From positions 1-32,000 of the forward strand of contig NZ_LZIS01000243.1 in the NCBI RefSeq assembly GCF_001667015.1: a DNA stretch of 32,000 bases, written 5' to 3'. This DNA is from Mycobacterium sp. E3198. Its GTDB lineage: Bacteria > Actinomycetota > Actinomycetes > Mycobacteriales > Mycobacteriaceae. Within the stretch, counting starts at the first letter, position 1, and each line of letters starts with the position of its first letter. Below the pieces are notes generated by a model. It saw only the letters and a program-made list of their open reading frames with translations. It did not search any database and was not told the DNA's origin. Both the position numbers and the translations under genes were made by a program. This document shows, piece by piece, positions 31,374 through 32,000 of the stretch.

Positions 31374-31908
31374 GTCGCTGACGGAGTTCATCGCGGACCA
31401 GGCCGTCTTCTTCGTCGCCACCGCGCCCGCCGAGGGCGGCCGAATCAACCTCTCCCCCAAGGGCTATCGCGACACCTTCGCCGTGCTGGACGAGCACACC
31501 GTCGCCTACCTGGATCTGTTCGGCAGCGGCGTCGAAACGATCGCGCACCTGCGTGACAACGGCCGGATCACGATCATGTTCTGTTCGTTCACCCGCAACT
31601 CGCGCATCCTGCGGCTGTTCGGCACCGGGCGCGTCGTGCGTCCCGACGACGCCGAATTCCCCGGATTGCTAACGCGTTTCGGCGGCACGCACGCCGGCGT
31701 CCGGGCCGTCATCGTCGTCGAACTCGAACGGATCGCCGACGCCTGCGGATTCGCAGTGCCCTACTACGAGCTCGTCGACGAGCGCCCGGTCCTCGACGCG
31801 CATCACGGCAAGGCGTCCGCTGACGCGTTCGCCCGGCTCGCCGAACGCAACCGGCGCAGCATCGACGGGCTGCCCGCGCTGGAGGGTGACCACCCGGTTC
31901 CGCCCTGA
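31345..31908 (+). CDS. Pyridoxamine 5'-phosphate oxidase-fold (split beta-barrel flavin/deazaflavin-binding) family protein
   Basis: (V)AKEFSRLDESLTEFIADQAVFFVATAPAEGGRINLSPKG... is typical of the PNPOx-like family. The GTG at 31345 gives 187 aa and a 29-nt overlap with alkB. The ATG at 31273 would give a 101-nt overlap. Confidence 0.7.
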   Translation: MAKEFSRLDESLTEFIADQAVFFVATAPAEGGRINLSPKGYRDTFAVLDEHTVAYLDLFGSGVETIAHLRDNGRITIMFCSFTRNSRILRLFGTGRVVRPDDAEFPGLLTRFGGTHAGVRAVIVVELERIADACGFAVPYYELVDERPVLDAHHGKASADAFARLAERNRRSIDGLPALEGDHPVPP

Positions 31909-31975
31909 ACGTAACGCTTCGGCGGCGTCGACCGATGGTTTGCCAAGCGGGGGTCGACGGAAAGGGAGACCGACG

Positions 31976-32000
31976 ATGTCGTTTGTGTTCGCCATGCCAG
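31976..32000 (+). CDS. 5' end of a PE-family gene (truncated by window edge)
   Basis: The ATG at 31976 is preceded by GGGAGA (SD-like). It encodes MSFVFAMP, the stereotyped PE N-terminus (compare MSFVIAAP at 6814). Only 8 codons are visible. Confidence 0.4.

Noticed and set aside
31374-31975. Rubredoxin genes (rubA/rubB) or a TetR regulator expected downstream of alkB.
   Set aside because: The only ORF is a PNPOx-fold protein. No frame downstream has the small Cys-x-x-Cys pair pattern.

Overview
High-GC (about 68-70%) actinobacterial DNA that is clearly a Mycobacterium chromosome. PE/PE-PGRS genes and a 13E12-type HNH gene point to a slow-growing species. From my memory of M. tuberculosis H37Rv gene order, the window is collinear with, and inverted relative to, Rv1425 through Rv1393c. 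The gene order is: WS/DGAT, whiA, yvcK, rapZ, uvrC, Rv1417-like, ribH, ribBA, ribE, lprG, P55, ribD, rpe, rsmB, fmt, Rv1405c-like methyltransferase, MarR, priA, YhhN-family membrane protein, lipI, lipH, AraC regulator, cyp132, Baeyer-Villiger monooxygenase. Packing is very tight. There are many 4-nt ATGA/GTGA start-stop overlaps, and five convergent gene pairs have 11 nt or less between stop codons. The parts that depart from the remembered H37Rv layout are the most interesting. (1) The left edge carries the end of an HNH/13E12 gene followed by a decayed second copy of the same 3' end. (2) A PE-PGRS protein with a PecA-type aspartic protease domain lies between uvrC and the Rv1417 homologue. 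(3) Right of the BVMO, where metK is expected, there is a block with a Tat-signal Streptomyces-type cholesterol-oxidase homologue lacking the isomerase glutamate, a stand-alone alkB without rubredoxins, a PNPOx-fold protein and the start of another PE gene. With lipI/lipH, AraC, CYP132 and the BVMO, this block gives a contiguous 9.4-kb set of enzymes matching every step of a subterminal alkane/lipid oxidation route. That pathway reading is a hypothesis only. I saw no tRNA, rRNA, CRISPR array or IS element. All homology statements rest on motif reading and remembered sequences, not on searches.
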